From the NCBI RefSeq assembly GCF_988242995.1, contig NZ_OZ547043.1: a DNA stretch of 64,000 bases. One strand, given 5' to 3'. Under the pieces are notes generated by a model. That model did not search any database, was not told where the DNA came from, and saw only the letters and a list, made by a program, of their open reading frames with translations. Made by a program: the position numbers and the translations under genes. Positions 48,371 to 60,241 of the stretch are shown here, piece after piece. Every line of letters begins with the position of its first letter. Position 1 is the stretch's first letter.

Positions 48371-48823
48371 ATGAAATATCAACAACTTGAAAATCTTGAA
48401 AGCGGTTGGAAATGGAAGTATCTGGTGAAGAAGCATCGCGAAGGGGAGTTAATCACCCGTTACATAGAAGCCAGTGCCGCCCAGGAAGCCGTCGATGTGT
48501 TGCTCTCGCTGGAAAATGAACCCGTGCTGGTAAATGGCTGGATTGACAAGCATATGAATCCGGAACTGGTCAATCGCATGAAGCAAACCATTCGGGCCAG
48601 ACGGAAGCGCCATTTTAATGCGGAACACCAGCATACGCGCAAAAAATCGATCGATCTGGAATTTATTGTCTGGCAACGTCTGGCTGGTCTTGCGCAGCGT
48701 CGCGGTAAAACGCTTTCTGAAACGATTGTTCAGCTGATTGAAGATGCGGAAAACAAAGAGAAATACGCGAATAAAATGTCTTCTTTGAAGCAGGATCTGC
48801 AGGCATTGCTGGGTAAGGAATAA
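48371..48823 (+). CDS. matP: Macrodomain Ter organiser MatP
   Basis: 150 aa; begins [26 protein letters not shown]. Confidence 0.94.
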
Positions 48824-48855
48824 CTGACGAAAGTCAGTTCAATTTTCTAAAGACG

Positions 48856-48886
48856 AAAAAAAACCCCGCAGCAGCGGGGTTTTTTA
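48856..48886. terminator. Bidirectional intrinsic terminator between matP and ompA
   Basis: A8-ccccgc-agca-gcgggg-T6. Confidence 0.88.
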
Positions 48887-48898
48887 CCAGACGAGAAC

Positions 48899-49951
48899 TT
48901 AAGCCTGCGGCTGAGTTACAACGTCTTTGATGCCTTTAACTTCGATCTCTACGCGACGATCCGGAGCCAGGCAGTCGATCAGTGCAGCACGCTGTTTCAC
49001 GTTGTCACAGGTGTTGCCAGTAACCGGGTTGGATTCGCCCATACCACGTGCGGAGATCTTGTCTGCCGGGATACCTTTAGAGATCAGGTAATCAACAACA
49101 GACTGAGCACGGCGCTCGGACAGACCCTGGTTGTAAGCGTCAGAACCGATGCGGTCAGTGTAACCCAGAACAACTACGGAACCGTCTTTCGGATCCAGGT
49201 TGCTCAGCTGGCTGTACAGCTGATCCAGAGCAGCCTGACCTTCCGGTTTCAGGGTTGCTTTGTTGAAGGTGAACAGAACGTCAGACTTCAGAGTGAAGTG
49301 CTTGGTCTGTACTTCCGGTGCCGGAGCTGGAGCCGGAGCAACTACTGGAGCTGCTTCGCCCTGACCGAAACGGTAGGAAACACCCAAGCTCAGCATGCCG
49401 TTGTCCGGACGAGTACCGATGGTGTGTGCGTCACCGATGTTGTTGGTCCACTGGTATTCCAGACGGGTAGCGATTTCAGGAGTGATCGCGTACTCAACAC
49501 CGCCAGCGAAGACCGGAGAAACGCCGGTATCGTGGTCTTTAGTGGATGCGCCACCAGGTACGTTAGACTTGGTGTCTGCACGCCATACCATACCACCCAG
49601 ACGAGTGTAAACGTCCAGATCGTCAGTGATTGGGTAACCCAGTTTAGCGGTCAGCTGAACGCCCTGAGCTTTGTATGCGCCGTTGATGTTGTCGCCTTTG
49701 TACGGCATACGACCTAACCAGTCGTAACCCATTTCAAAGCCAACATACGGGTTAACCTGGTAACCACCAAAAGCACCTGCACCCAGTTGGTTTTCGTGGG
49801 TCGGACCATTGTTGTCGATGAAACCAGTGTCATGGTACTGGGACCAGCCCAGTTTAGCACCAGTGTACCAGGTGTTATCTTTCGGAGCGGCCTGCGCTAC
49901 GGTAGCGAAACCAGCCAGTGCCACTGCAATCGCGATAGCTGTCTTTTTCAT
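48899..49951 (-). CDS. ompA: Outer membrane protein A (loop-variant allele)
   Basis: 350 aa from [21 protein letters not shown]; 8-strand barrel, APAPAPAPE hinge, C-terminal OmpA peptidoglycan-binding domain; loops 1-3 differ from K-12 as recalled. Confidence 0.96.
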   Translation of the reverse strand: MKKTAIAIAVALAGFATVAQAAPKDNTWYTGAKLGWSQYHDTGFIDNNGPTHENQLGAGAFGGYQVNPYVGFEMGYDWLGRMPYKGDNINGAYKAQGVQLTAKLGYPITDDLDVYTRLGGMVWRADTKSNVPGGASTKDHDTGVSPVFAGGVEYAITPEIATRLEYQWTNNIGDAHTIGTRPDNGMLSLGVSYRFGQGEAAPVVAPAPAPAPEVQTKHFTLKSDVLFTFNKATLKPEGQAALDQLYSQLSNLDPKDGSVVVLGYTDRIGSDAYNQGLSERRAQSVVDYLISKGIPADKISARGMGESNPVTGNTCDNVKQRAALIDCLAPDRRVEIEVKGIKDVVTQPQA

Positions 49952-50084
49952 TTTTTGCGCCTCGTTATCATCCAAAATACGCCATGAATATCTCCAACGA
50001 GATAACACGGTTAAATCCTTCACCGGGGGATCTGCTCAATATTAACTCTACCGATATCTTCGGCTTATGCCGAGCACCCCTGGC
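49952..50084 (-). promoter_or_regulatory. ompA long 5' UTR (sRNA/Hfq target region)
   Basis: About 133-nt leader upstream of ompA ATG corresponds to the known ompA 5' UTR; boundary taken from established knowledge, not measured. Confidence 0.6.
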
Positions 50085-50307
50085 GATGTAAAGTCTACAA
50101 CGTAGTTGAAAACTTACAAGTGTGAACTCCGTCAGGCATATGAAAAAAAAGTCTTGTATAAGGTACGTTTAATCTTTTTTGTCAGCGACAATTTACAGAA
50201 GAAAATCGCGGAAACCGCTTCAGACAAGCCTCTGCAAGGAAAATTAGTCACGACTGAAAGCATTGGCTGGGCGACAAAAAAAGTTCCAGGATTAATCCTA
50301 AATTTAC

Positions 50308-50817
50308 TTAATGATACAAATTAGAGTGAATTTTTAGCCCGGAAAGTTGTCTCGTTGCGTGAGAGGATGCGCTTACCGGACGCATAATAAACCCCATAGC
50401 GTTACCTTCATTTGCCGCATCAACAAGTTCAGCATGCTCTTCTTCAGTCAAATCATCTGCCAACCAACCGATCACCACACTGTAATTGCCCGTGCGTAAA
50501 GCGCGAACCATTGACTCCACGGTGTGGCAAGGGGAGAGCTGGCTAATCTGCATTACTTTCGTTAAGGGTAGCCCAGATGCCTGAACCCATTCCCGACTCA
50601 GTTTTTGTTGCGGTGTTAACCAGAGTTGCCAGCGCGATTGCTGACCGAGTTGCTGTAACAATGGCAACAGTAGAAGTTGCGTCATCATGGGCTGATCTTC
50701 GCGATAGACAACTTCACTGATAAGCCCGGCTGTAGTGTTTTCCGTAGAGACACGCGCAATTTTACTTGCTGCGGATGAGAACGACGAAGAACGATGTGCA
50801 TAGCCTGAAGTGTACAT
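50308..50817 (-). CDS. sulA: SOS cell-division inhibitor SulA
   Basis: 169 aa from [15 protein letters not shown]; LexA box just upstream. Confidence 0.96.
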
Positions 50818-50839
50818 AATCAATCCAGCCCCTGTGAGT

Positions 50840-50859
50840 TACTGTATGGATGTACAGTA
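50840..50859. promoter_or_regulatory. LexA operator (SOS box) of sulA
   Basis: tACTGTatggatgtACAGta = CTGT-N8-ACAG palindrome, 23 bp upstream of sulA ATG. Confidence 0.92.
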
Positions 50860-51035
50860 CATCCAGTGACGACAAAGATCAACCCTATTTTCGGAAAGAG
50901 CCTCGCAAATTTTGTCGTTGGTGACAGGAAAACATAAATTAATCTTGCCCCTTAAGAATAAGTTGCCTATTTTCGTAGTTAACGGATCCGTTAATGTGAA
51001 TCATTCTTTTATGTTATGATTTTAAAAGGAATTTT

Positions 51036-51665
51036 ATGAAAAGCCTCTCCTATAAGCGGATCTATAAATCACAAGAATACCTGGCAACGTTGGGCACAAT
51101 TGAATACCGATCATTGTTTGGCAGTTACAGCCTGACCGTTGACGACACGGTGTTTGCGATGGTTTCTGATGGTGAGTTGTATCTTCGGGCTTGTGAGCAA
51201 AGTGCACAGTACTGTGTAAAACATCCGCCTGTCTGGCTGACATATAAAAAGTGTGGCCGATCCGTTACCCTCAATTACTATCGGGTTGATGAAAGTCTAT
51301 GGCGAAATCAACTGAAGCTGGTGCGTCTGTCGAAATATTCTCTCGATGCAGCGCTGAAAGAGAAAAGCACGCGCAATACCCGGGAAAGACTGAAAGATTT
51401 GCCCAATATGTCTTTTCATCTGGAAGCGATTCTCGGGGAGGTGGGGATTAAGGATGTACGGGCGTTACGTATACTTGGGGCAAAAATGTGTTGGTTGCGA
51501 CTGCGGCAGCAAAACAGTCTGGTGACAGAAAAGATTCTGTTTATGCTTGAAGGGGCCATTATCGGCATTCATGAAGCTGCGCTCCCGGTGGCACGCCGCC
51601 AGGAGCTTGCAGAATGGGCTGACTCTCTTACGCCGAAACAGGAGTTTCCTGCGGAACTTGAGTAA
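51036..51665 (+). CDS. sxy: Competence regulator Sxy/TfoX
   Basis: 209 aa; two-domain TfoX-like protein; 3' end overlaps convergent yccS by 38 bp. Confidence 0.92.
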   Translation: MKSLSYKRIYKSQEYLATLGTIEYRSLFGSYSLTVDDTVFAMVSDGELYLRACEQSAQYCVKHPPVWLTYKKCGRSVTLNYYRVDESLWRNQLKLVRLSKYSLDAALKEKSTRNTRERLKDLPNMSFHLEAILGEVGIKDVRALRILGAKMCWLRLRQQNSLVTEKILFMLEGAIIGIHEAALPVARRQELAEWADSLTPKQEFPAELE

Positions 51666-53790
51666 TCTGGCGTTGCAGACGACCAATCTCTGGCAGTAAT
51701 GCAATCAATAACCCAACTTGTTGTACGACCAGAGGTTCTTTGCTGTCTGCCCGAGGTTCAAGTTGCTGCATCCGCTGTTTCAGGCCAGCTAATGCCTGAT
51801 TGACGCGTTCTTCATCAGCAGGTTGATGATGTAGCGCGTCATCAACATAGCAAACGGCGTCATCAAGAAACGCCAGAATTTCAGGATTAGTTAACTGCTC
51901 CCGGTGAGCACCGAGGGCTGAGATATAGCTGGTAAACGTATGGTTAAGGCACAGCAACCGAAACGCGGCTTCGCGAATTTGCGGGGTAACGTTCGGTTCG
52001 CTGGACATATTTGATACCACCGACGCCAGTTCAGCATCACGGTTGTGTGCATCGCGGCGGGCAATACGATACGCCAGACGGTTATCACGCCCCTGATGGT
52101 ATTGCTCCAGTATGGCATCGAGATAGCGACAGTTGGCCTCGGTGGCACGTTCGAGCATGCGCGGCAGATTGCGAAACTTCCAGTCAGGCCAGATGTAGCT
52201 CACCGCCGCCCACGCAATGGCACAACCAATCAGCGTATCGATTACGCGAGGTAACGCCACTTCAAAACCTTCACCCAGCAAGTTAAAACAAAGTAGCACC
52301 AAAAGTGTGATGAACATCGTTGCATGGGCGTATTGCACGTTACGGAAGGCAAAAAAGAGCACGCCGGTAATAACCAGTAGCACCAGTTGCCCTTCCAGTG
52401 ACGGTACAAACCACAGCACAGGAATGCCAATGGCGATACCTACCAGCGTACCAATAATCCTTAACTTCAGGCGGTGGCGCGTGGCGTTATAGTTTGGCTG
52501 GCAGACAAACAAACTTGTCAGCAAGATCCAATACCCGTGATGCATTCCGGTTATCTGAATGATGGCGTAGCCGAAGCACAACACCAGCGACATTCTTACC
52601 GCATGACGGAAGAGGGCGGATTCCGGCGTGAAGTGACGGCTAAGACGCAGCCAGATATCACTCAATCCGTGCGGGCTGTCATCAGCGAGCTCATTTTCGT
52701 CATTATTATGGGGCAGTGCCTGGGCCTGTTCTGATTCAATTGTTGCCAGTTGGGCATCAATGGCGCGTAAATTGTTCAGCAAAAATCCCAGTGTTTTGAG
52801 TAAATCGGCAGGTGCGCCGTTATCGCGCATCCGCTCTAGCGCAGCATCAATATGCGTAAAAGCGCGCTCGAAATGCGGATCATGTTGATAAGGCTGACGC
52901 AACAAAATACAGCGTGACAGTTGCTGGCACGCCTGGCCCTGCATCGACATCAGCCGCTGAAAACGGAACAGCACGTCGCTGTGGCGAAAATGTTCACGCA
53001 ATGTTTGATACTGAATATGAGAAGAGCTGGCACGCTCGTGAATATCCTGCGCGACGAAGTAATAATGCAGCGTGCGACGCGTTCCCCGTTGACCACGATC
53101 GCCACGTAAGCGGGTCAGCAGCGAGAGTTTCGTCTGATTCAATGTCGCCATCAGCTGACCGTTGGCGAGAGCCAAATCGTACAGCGGTGCCTGGCTTTCA
53201 TCTTCAATATCAGGATCAAACATGCGCGACTTGAGCTCAAGGTAACGCGCCAGTTGTTCATAGCAACGCGCCAGGTTGTCCTGCAGCGGGCGGACCGGGA
53301 ACAGTAGATGACCAATAAGTGTCAGGACGTTGTACCAGACGGCACCGGCCAGCAGATACATCGGCTGCTGATACCAGTGCTCATACAGTGACGTCCCCAA
53401 CATAGTGTAAATGGCGATCAGTAACGCACCGAAGGCAATTGTTGCATAGCGTTGACCCAGACCGCCGAGCAAAATGAAGCCGCTGGTTGAGAGCGTTAAG
53501 CCAATCGCAAATAGCCAGGGCCAGGGAAACAGCAGTTCTACTGAGGCCGAGGCGATAAAAAAGCAGAACAGCGTAATGATGAGGTTACGCAAACGTCCCG
53601 CCAGTCGGTCATCGAGATCGGTCAGCGCCGCTGCCACCATCCCCAGCGTCAGCGGAATCGTCAGTTTTACATCACCCAGCCACCACGGAAACGCTGTGGT
53701 TCCACAAAGCGCAATAAAAATACGCGCGTAATACAGCCAGGCGCTGTTCCAGGTATAGCGTTTGAGCAAAGGACTTAGCATAAAGGCCAT
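51628..53790 (-). CDS. yccS: Inner membrane protein YccS (YccS/YhfK family)
   Basis: About 717-720 aa; two blocks of TM helices separated by a soluble region; start ambiguous between MAFM and MLSP. Confidence 0.9.
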   Translation of the reverse strand: MAFMLSPLLKRYTWNSAWLYYARIFIALCGTTAFPWWLGDVKLTIPLTLGMVAAALTDLDDRLAGRLRNLIITLFCFFIASASVELLFPWPWLFAIGLTLSTSGFILLGGLGQRYATIAFGALLIAIYTMLGTSLYEHWYQQPMYLLAGAVWYNVLTLIGHLLFPVRPLQDNLARCYEQLARYLELKSRMFDPDIEDESQAPLYDLALANGQLMATLNQTKLSLLTRLRGDRGQRGTRRTLHYYFVAQDIHERASSSHIQYQTLREHFRHSDVLFRFQRLMSMQGQACQQLSRCILLRQPYQHDPHFERAFTHIDAALERMRDNGAPADLLKTLGFLLNNLRAIDAQLATIESEQAQALPHNNDENELADDSPHGLSDIWLRLSRHFTPESALFRHAVRMSLVLCFGYAIIQITGMHHGYWILLTSLFVCQPNYNATRHRLKLRIIGTLVGIAIGIPVLWFVPSLEGQLVLLVITGVLFFAFRNVQYAHATMFITLLVLLCFNLLGEGFEVALPRVIDTLIGCAIAWAAVSYIWPDWKFRNLPRMLERATEANCRYLDAILEQYHQGRDNRLAYRIARRDAHNRDAELASVVSNMSSEPNVTPQIREAAFRLLCLNHTFTSYISALGAHREQLTNPEILAFLDDAVCYVDDALHHQPADEERVNQALAGLKQRMQQLEPRADSKEPLVVQQVGLLIALLPEIGRLQRQITQVPQETPVSA

Positions 53791-53799
53791 ATTAGTGGA

Positions 53800-54246
53800 T
53801 TATTCAAAACGACGACGTGCATTGGCTTCACGCGCAGCTTGCGCTGTTTCTACCGATACCACGCGACGACCGACCGGCCATAGTGCAATAGCGGCAATTT
53901 TAAAGTTCGCAATGCCGACAGGAATGCCAATGATGGAAATACATTGTGCGATGCCCGTTGCAATGTGCATCAGGCATAACCACCAGCCAAAGAAAATCAG
54001 CCAGAAAATATTCAATACCGTACCGCCAGTATTCAGCAGCACATTTTTGCCAGCCGGGTTCAGTTCATCGACATGAATAGCTTCATTGCCATAAGGCACC
54101 AGAGACAGTTTAGTGATCTCCCAGCAGGATCGTGTCAGCGGTAAGGTAAAAATCAGCACAATACTGACCAGAGTCGCCAACAGCCAGCCCAGAGTGGTGG
54201 CAAATCCGCCAAGCACAAAGTTCAGAATGTTCAAAACGGTACGCAT
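53800..54246 (-). CDS. yccF: Inner membrane protein YccF (DUF307)
   Basis: 148 aa, four predicted TM segments. Confidence 0.9.
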   Translation of the reverse strand: MRTVLNILNFVLGGFATTLGWLLATLVSIVLIFTLPLTRSCWEITKLSLVPYGNEAIHVDELNPAGKNVLLNTGGTVLNIFWLIFFGWWLCLMHIATGIAQCISIIGIPVGIANFKIAAIALWPVGRRVVSVETAQAAREANARRRFE

Positions 54247-54368
54247 AAAACCTCGCTTTACTGTGGTTTTCAGTAATGGGCGGCAATTGTAACGTTTTTT
54301 TGGGCTGGAGCACGTTTTCTCTGACGGTTACACTGATAAGAAATCATTTCGTGTGGATCTACAGAGTC

Positions 54369-56423
54369 ATGGAACTGAAAGCGACAACGCTTGGAAAACG
54401 TCTGGCACAGCACCCTTACGATCGGGCGGTGATCCTCAATGCCGGGATTAAAGTCTCCGGCGATCGCCACGAATACCTTATTCCTTTCAATCAATTACTG
54501 GCGATTCACTGTAAGCGCGGTCTGGTATGGGGCGAGCTGGAATTTGTACTGCCGGGCGAAAAAGTGGTGCGTCTGCACGGTACCGAATGGGGCGAGACGC
54601 AGCGTTTTTACCATCATCTTGATGCTCACTGGCGGCGGTGGAGTGGCGAGATGAGCGAAATTGCGTCTGGTGTTTTACGCCAGCAACTGGATTTGATTGC
54701 CACGCGCACTGGAGAAAATAAATGGCTGACGCGTGAGCAAACCTCTGGCGTTCAGCAACAAATCCGCCAGGCTTTGTCGGCGTTGCCGTTGCCGGTTAAC
54801 CGACTGGAAGAATTCGATAACTGCCGTGAGGCGTGGCGTAAATGTCAGGCCTGGTTGAAAGATATTGAAAGCGCTCGGTTGCAGCATAACCAGGCGTATA
54901 CCGAAGCCATGCTTACCGAGTATGCGGATTTTTTCCGCCAGGTCGAGTCTTCACCGCTGAATCCGGCGCAGGCCCGGGCAGTCGTTAATGGCGAGCATTC
55001 TCTGTTAGTGCTGGCAGGTGCAGGAAGCGGAAAAACGTCGGTGCTGGTGGCCCGTGCAGGCTGGTTGCTGGTGCGTGGTGAAGCGTCCCCTGAGCAAATT
55101 TTATTGCTGGCGTTTGGTCGCAAAGCCGCTGAAGAGATGGACGAGCGTATTCGCGAACGGCTACATACCGAAGACATTACCGCACGCACGTTTCATGCGC
55201 TGGCGCTGCATATTATTCAGCAGGGCAGCAAAAAAGTTCCGATAGTCAGCAAACTGGAAAATGATACCGCTGCCCGTCATGAACTCTTTATTGCTGAGTG
55301 GCGCAAGCAATGCAGCGAAAAGAAAGCGCAGGCGAAGGGCTGGCGGCAATGGCTGACGGAAGAAATGCAGTGGTCAGTGCCAGAAGGTAACTTCTGGGAT
55401 GATGAAAAATTACAGCGTCGTCTTGCCTCACGCCTCGATCGTTGGGTAAGTCTGATGCGGATGCACGGTGGCGCACAGGCAGAAATGATTGCCAGTGCAC
55501 CCGAAGAGATTCGCGATCTGTTCAGTAAACGTATCAAGTTGATGGCCCCGTTATTAAAAGCCTGGAAAGGTGCGCTGAAGGCAGAAAACGCTGTCGATTT
55601 TTCGGGCCTTATTCACCAGGCGATTGTGATTCTGGAGAAAGGTCGCTTTATCAGCCCGTGGAAGCATATTCTGGTTGATGAATTTCAGGATATCTCGCCG
55701 CAGCGCGCAGCGTTGTTAGCGGCATTACGCAAGCAAAACAGTCAGACGACGTTGTTCGCCGTTGGTGATGACTGGCAGGCGATTTATCGCTTCAGCGGTG
55801 CGCAAATGTCGCTCACCACCGCTTTCCATGAAAACTTTGGTGAAGGTGATCGCTGCGATTTAGACACGACTTACCGTTTTAACAGTCGTATCGGTGAGGT
55901 GGCAAACCGGTTTATTCAGCAGAACCCAGGCCAGCTGAAAAAGCCGCTAAACAGCTTAACCAATGGAGACAAAAAAGCCGTCACGTTATTGGATGAGAGC
56001 CATCTTGACGCTTTGCTGGATAAGCTCTCTGGTTATGCCAAACCGGAAGAGCGCATTCTGATCCTGGCGCGTTACCATCACATGAGGCCTGCCAGCCTGG
56101 AAAAAGCGGCAACACGCTGGCCGAAGTTGCAAATCGACTTTATGACCATTCATGCCAGCAAAGGGCAACAGGCGGATTACGTCATCATCGTTGGCTTGCA
56201 GGAGGGGAGTGATGGTTTTCCGGCTGCGGCGCGGGAGTCGATTATGGAAGAGGCGCTACTGCCACCGGTTGAGGATTTCCCGGACGCTGAAGAACGGCGG
56301 TTAATGTACGTGGCGCTGACCCGGGCACGCCATCGGGTATGGGCACTGTTTAACAAAGAGAATCCCTCTCCATTTGTCGAAATACTGAAAAATCTGGATG
56401 TGCCGGTGGCGAGAAAACCGTAA
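54369..56423 (+). CDS. helD: DNA helicase IV HelD (UvrD/Rep superfamily I)
   Basis: 684 aa from MELKATTLGKRLAQ; Walker A AGAGSGKTS, DEFQD motif II; track ORF over-extended by 31 codons. Confidence 0.95.
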   Translation: MELKATTLGKRLAQHPYDRAVILNAGIKVSGDRHEYLIPFNQLLAIHCKRGLVWGELEFVLPGEKVVRLHGTEWGETQRFYHHLDAHWRRWSGEMSEIASGVLRQQLDLIATRTGENKWLTREQTSGVQQQIRQALSALPLPVNRLEEFDNCREAWRKCQAWLKDIESARLQHNQAYTEAMLTEYADFFRQVESSPLNPAQARAVVNGEHSLLVLAGAGSGKTSVLVARAGWLLVRGEASPEQILLLAFGRKAAEEMDERIRERLHTEDITARTFHALALHIIQQGSKKVPIVSKLENDTAARHELFIAEWRKQCSEKKAQAKGWRQWLTEEMQWSVPEGNFWDDEKLQRRLASRLDRWVSLMRMHGGAQAEMIASAPEEIRDLFSKRIKLMAPLLKAWKGALKAENAVDFSGLIHQAIVILEKGRFISPWKHILVDEFQDISPQRAALLAALRKQNSQTTLFAVGDDWQAIYRFSGAQMSLTTAFHENFGEGDRCDLDTTYRFNSRIGEVANRFIQQNPGQLKKPLNSLTNGDKKAVTLLDESHLDALLDKLSGYAKPEERILILARYHHMRPASLEKAATRWPKLQIDFMTIHASKGQQADYVIIVGLQEGSDGFPAAARESIMEEALLPPVEDFPDAEERRLMYVALTRARHRVWALFNKENPSPFVEILKNLDVPVARKP

Positions 56424-56454
56424 GAAACAGGTGGCGTTTGCCACCTGTGCAATA

Positions 56455-56913
56455 TTACTTCAGACGGTCCGCGAGATAACGCTGATAATCGGGGATCAGA
56501 ATATCGACCGCGTCGTTGAAATGCGGCGACTGGATAATGAAGTCTGCCGTTGCCACGTTGGTGGCGACCGGAATGTTCCATACCGTCGCCAGACGCAGCA
56601 AGGCTTTCACGTCAGGGTCGTGCGGCACGGCGTTCAGTGGGTCCCAGAAGAAAATCAATACATCAATTTTCCCTTCTGAGATCAATGCGCCAACCTGCTG
56701 GTCACCCCCCATTGGGCCACTCAACATCGCGTTGACGTTCATGCCGGTTGCACGGGAAATCAAGTTACCGGTAGTGCCTGTTGCATACAGTACGTGTTGT
56801 TCCAGTAACGGTTGATGTCGTTCCACCCAGCTCATCAGCATTTGTTTGCAGTGATCGTGTGCCACCAGCGCAATATGTTTCCGCGCAGGTAAAGTGCGTG
56901 TCGTCAGTTCCAT
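56455..56913 (-). CDS. mgsA: Methylglyoxal synthase MgsA
   Basis: 152 aa from [23 protein letters not shown]. Confidence 0.95.
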
Positions 56914-57009
56914 AATGTTACATCCGTAGTTAACTTTCCTACAGATTACTGTAAGCACTTATCGCTGCAAGATAAAGACCGAAAAAGCCTGCGCACAGGC
57001 ACAAAAATC

Positions 57010-57672
57010 TCAGGAAGATGGTTGTTTTTCCGCCCATTGCAGGAAAGTATTTCGCGTTTGTGGGTCAGCCAGTTTAAACCAATACTTCAGCCGTTGTTCT
57101 GTGAGCACCTGAGACTGCGGTGGAATAGCATCTAGCTCGGAAACACCCGAAAGCAGCGTACTGTCATCTGCCATCATCGTGGCAAATTGCGGTAGTGAAG
57201 CGCGTTTCGCGGATTTGTTATAGCGTTCAACCTCGACCTCATAATCAATCGTTTTTGCCGTTGAGGTAATGGCGAGAATATCCAGCTTTACCGGAATCGG
57301 CGTCGCATCGCCATCCAACAATTCAAGGCGCGGCGCGGCATCAAAATGGTTAGCTTCCCGCTCATTCTCCAGGCGAGGCAGGCGAAAATTGACCTGGTTG
57401 ATGAGCTGGGTATTAAAACTGACCACCAGCGGTGGGGAGATATACAGCCGTTCTTCACTATTGGAAAGATGAATCGTCTTCTCAACGCGAAACACTAACT
57501 GATGCGGTCCGTTATCCAGTTCAATGCTGTCCGCACCGCGCAGCAGAGAGCTGGAAACCTTCTTGCCGTCGAGTACCAGAAGATCGACATCGGTTGAAAG
57601 CCGCAGCGTGGTGGCAAAAACGGATACCGGCAAACATAATGCAATCAAGGTGGTCACGATGCCGGTTTTCAT
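57010..57672 (-). CDS. yccT: Periplasmic DUF2057 protein YccT
   Basis: 220 aa with signal peptide [20 protein letters not shown]. Confidence 0.9.
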
Positions 57673-57844
57673 AGGTAGCTCCTGTCAAAAGACCGCCCGA
57701 ATAATAATGTGTCAAAATTTTTCTTTAATCATACTTACTAACATATAGACATATTTCCCGCTTTTGCTCTCATTCATTCGTATTAGCTGCATGGTTGGCA
57801 TGTCGGCTTTGTCGTACACTTTGTTAAACCGTCTGGAGGAAATA

Positions 57845-58258
57845 ATGAAAGAAACCGATATTGCAGGCATTTTAACGTCCACTCACACCATTGCGCTGGT
57901 GGGGGCAAGCGACAAACCCGATCGTCCCAGCTATCGCGTGATGAAATATCTACTCGACCAGGGGTATCACGTCATTCCGGTTTCGCCAAAAGTTGCTGGC
58001 AAAACACTGCTGGGCCAGCAGGGGTATGGCACGCTGGCAGAAGTTCCGGAAAAAGTCGATATGGTCGATGTTTTCCGGAATTCAGAAGCGGCGTGGGGCG
58101 TAGCGCAGGAAGCGATCGCCATCGGCGCGAAAACCCTCTGGATGCAACTGGGGGTGATTAATGAGCAAGCGGCAGTACTGGCTCGGGATGCCGGATTAAA
58201 TGTAGTGATGGATCGCTGCCCGGCTATTGAGATCCCTCGCCTGGGCCTGGCCAAATAA
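57845..58258 (+). CDS. yccU: CoA-binding protein YccU
   Basis: 137 aa from [10 protein letters not shown]; Rossmann-like [11 protein letters not shown]. Confidence 0.9.
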   Translation: MKETDIAGILTSTHTIALVGASDKPDRPSYRVMKYLLDQGYHVIPVSPKVAGKTLLGQQGYGTLAEVPEKVDMVDVFRNSEAAWGVAQEAIAIGAKTLWMQLGVINEQAAVLARDAGLNVVMDRCPAIEIPRLGLAK

Positions 58259-58295
58259 AAAATCCCCGGAAGGCAAAAACCTTCCGGGGATTTGT
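58257..58295. terminator. Bidirectional intrinsic terminator between yccU and hspQ
   Basis: atccccggaagg-caaaaa-ccttccggggat 12-bp stem with flanking A/T runs. Confidence 0.88.
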
Positions 58296-58302
58296 TCAGG
58301 GA

Positions 58303-58677
<375 letters not shown>

Positions 58678-59868
58678 TTACATGACGCGACAGGCAAACC
58701 CTTTCAGATATAGCCCTTCCGGATAGGTAGCGATCACCGGATGATCGGCTGCCTGACGGAACTGCTCTATAAATTGTACATCACGACCGGCATCAATTGC
58801 GGCATCCGCGATGATTTTCTGAAATAAATCGCTGGTCATCAGACCGGAACAGGAGAAAGTCAGGAGAATACCGCCTTCATTCAGCAACTGAATCGCCAGC
58901 ATGTTGATATCTTTATAGCCACGACACGCGCCCATCAACTGGCTTTTATTCTCAACAAACTTCGGCGGGTCCATCACGATAACGTCAAATTTTTCACCGC
59001 GATCGCGATAGGTACGCAGCAATTTAAAGACATCATCACGGACAAACTCAGCCTTGCTCAGATCCAGTTTGTTCAGCTCAACGTTCTGCCGTGCAATATC
59101 CAGGGCTTCCTGGGAGGTATCAACGCTGACAACCTGGCTGCAACCGCCCATCAGTGCCGATACGGCGAAACCACCGGTATAGGAGAAACAGTTCAGTACG
59201 CGTTTATTTTCAACGTAGCGGCGGGTAGCCAGGCGGCTATCACGCTGATCCAGGTAGTAGCCCGTTTTGTGTCCGTGCTGAATATCCACCAGCAGCTTCA
59301 TGCCGTGTTCTTCAATCGGCAGCAGGGCAGGCGGCAACTCGCCGGTGACGGGGCCCTGGGTCAGCTCCATCCCTTCTTTTTTACGTACCGCAACATCGCT
59401 GCGATCGTAAATCGCACATTCCGGGTACAGCGTTTGCAGGGCGCTAATTAATGCCGCGCGCTGATATTCTGCGCCAGCACTCAGTAGTTGCAGCACCAGA
59501 AAATTACCGAAACGATCGATAGTAATACCCGGCAGGCCATCAGATTCTCCGGCGATTAAACGATAGCTGTCGAGGCCATCTTTTTGCGCCAGCCAGTCAC
59601 GCCATTTTTGCGCTTGTTGCAAACGGCGGGTAAAAAAAGCAATGTCGATAGATTCATTCGGGTCAAACGTCCAGACGCGCGCCCGGATTTGCGAAGCTGG
59701 CGAATAAGCGCCGCGTGCTAACCATTTTCCCTGATGATCAACAATATCGATGGTTTCCCCGAGGCTGGCTTTACCTTCCATGCGGGCAACGGCCCCGGAA
59801 AAGATCCACGGATGGCGACGAAGTAATGATTTTTCGCGCCCTTTGGCTAACACTAAACGTACACTCAT
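58678..59868 (-). CDS. rlmI: 23S rRNA m5C1962 methyltransferase RlmI (YccW)
   Basis: 396 aa; PUA-like N-terminus plus SAM-MTase (DPPKF motif). Confidence 0.94.
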   Translation of the reverse strand: MSVRLVLAKGREKSLLRRHPWIFSGAVARMEGKASLGETIDIVDHQGKWLARGAYSPASQIRARVWTFDPNESIDIAFFTRRLQQAQKWRDWLAQKDGLDSYRLIAGESDGLPGITIDRFGNFLVLQLLSAGAEYQRAALISALQTLYPECAIYDRSDVAVRKKEGMELTQGPVTGELPPALLPIEEHGMKLLVDIQHGHKTGYYLDQRDSRLATRRYVENKRVLNCFSYTGGFAVSALMGGCSQVVSVDTSQEALDIARQNVELNKLDLSKAEFVRDDVFKLLRTYRDRGEKFDVIVMDPPKFVENKSQLMGACRGYKDINMLAIQLLNEGGILLTFSCSGLMTSDLFQKIIADAAIDAGRDVQFIEQFRQAADHPVIATYPEGLYLKGFACRVM

Positions 59869-59962
59869 AATTTACTTTTCTGTCGATGCAAAGAAATGGG
59901 CGTCATTGTCCGGAGTTTTCCATGGATTTGCAACGCGTCCATTAAGGATAAGGAGAGCAGCA

Positions 59963-60241
59963 ATGTCGAAAGTCTGCATAATTGCCTGGGTTTACGGGCG
60001 AGTTCAGGGCGTTGGATTTCGCTATACCACTCAGTACGAAGCGAAAAAACTGGGATTAGCCGGGTACGCCAAAAATCTTGACGATGGCAGCGTGGAAGTG
60101 GTTGCCTGCGGTGAAGAAGGGCAGGTAGAAAAATTAATGCAGTGGTTAAAGAGTGGCGGCCCGCGTTCTGCGCGTGTAGAACGGGTGCTCAGCGAGCCGC
60201 ATCATCCCTCGGGGGAATTAACCGATTTTCGTATCCGTTAA
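59963..60241 (+). CDS. yccX: Acylphosphatase YccX
   Basis: 92 aa from [20 protein letters not shown] (acylphosphatase signature); track ORF is a long upstream extension. Confidence 0.92.

Noticed and set aside
50106-50324. 72-aa ORF in the ompA-sulA intergenic region
   Set aside because: It sits in the AT-rich ompA promoter region, has no convincing ribosome-binding site, and has a lysine-rich low-complexity translation.
51628-51665. Convergent overlaps sxy/yccS (38 bp), ycbJ/elyC (24 bp) and zapC/ycbX (4 bp) as possible antisense regulation
   Set aside because: These overlaps look like ordinary tight packing of conserved genes. Nothing in the sequence suggests a regulatory role.
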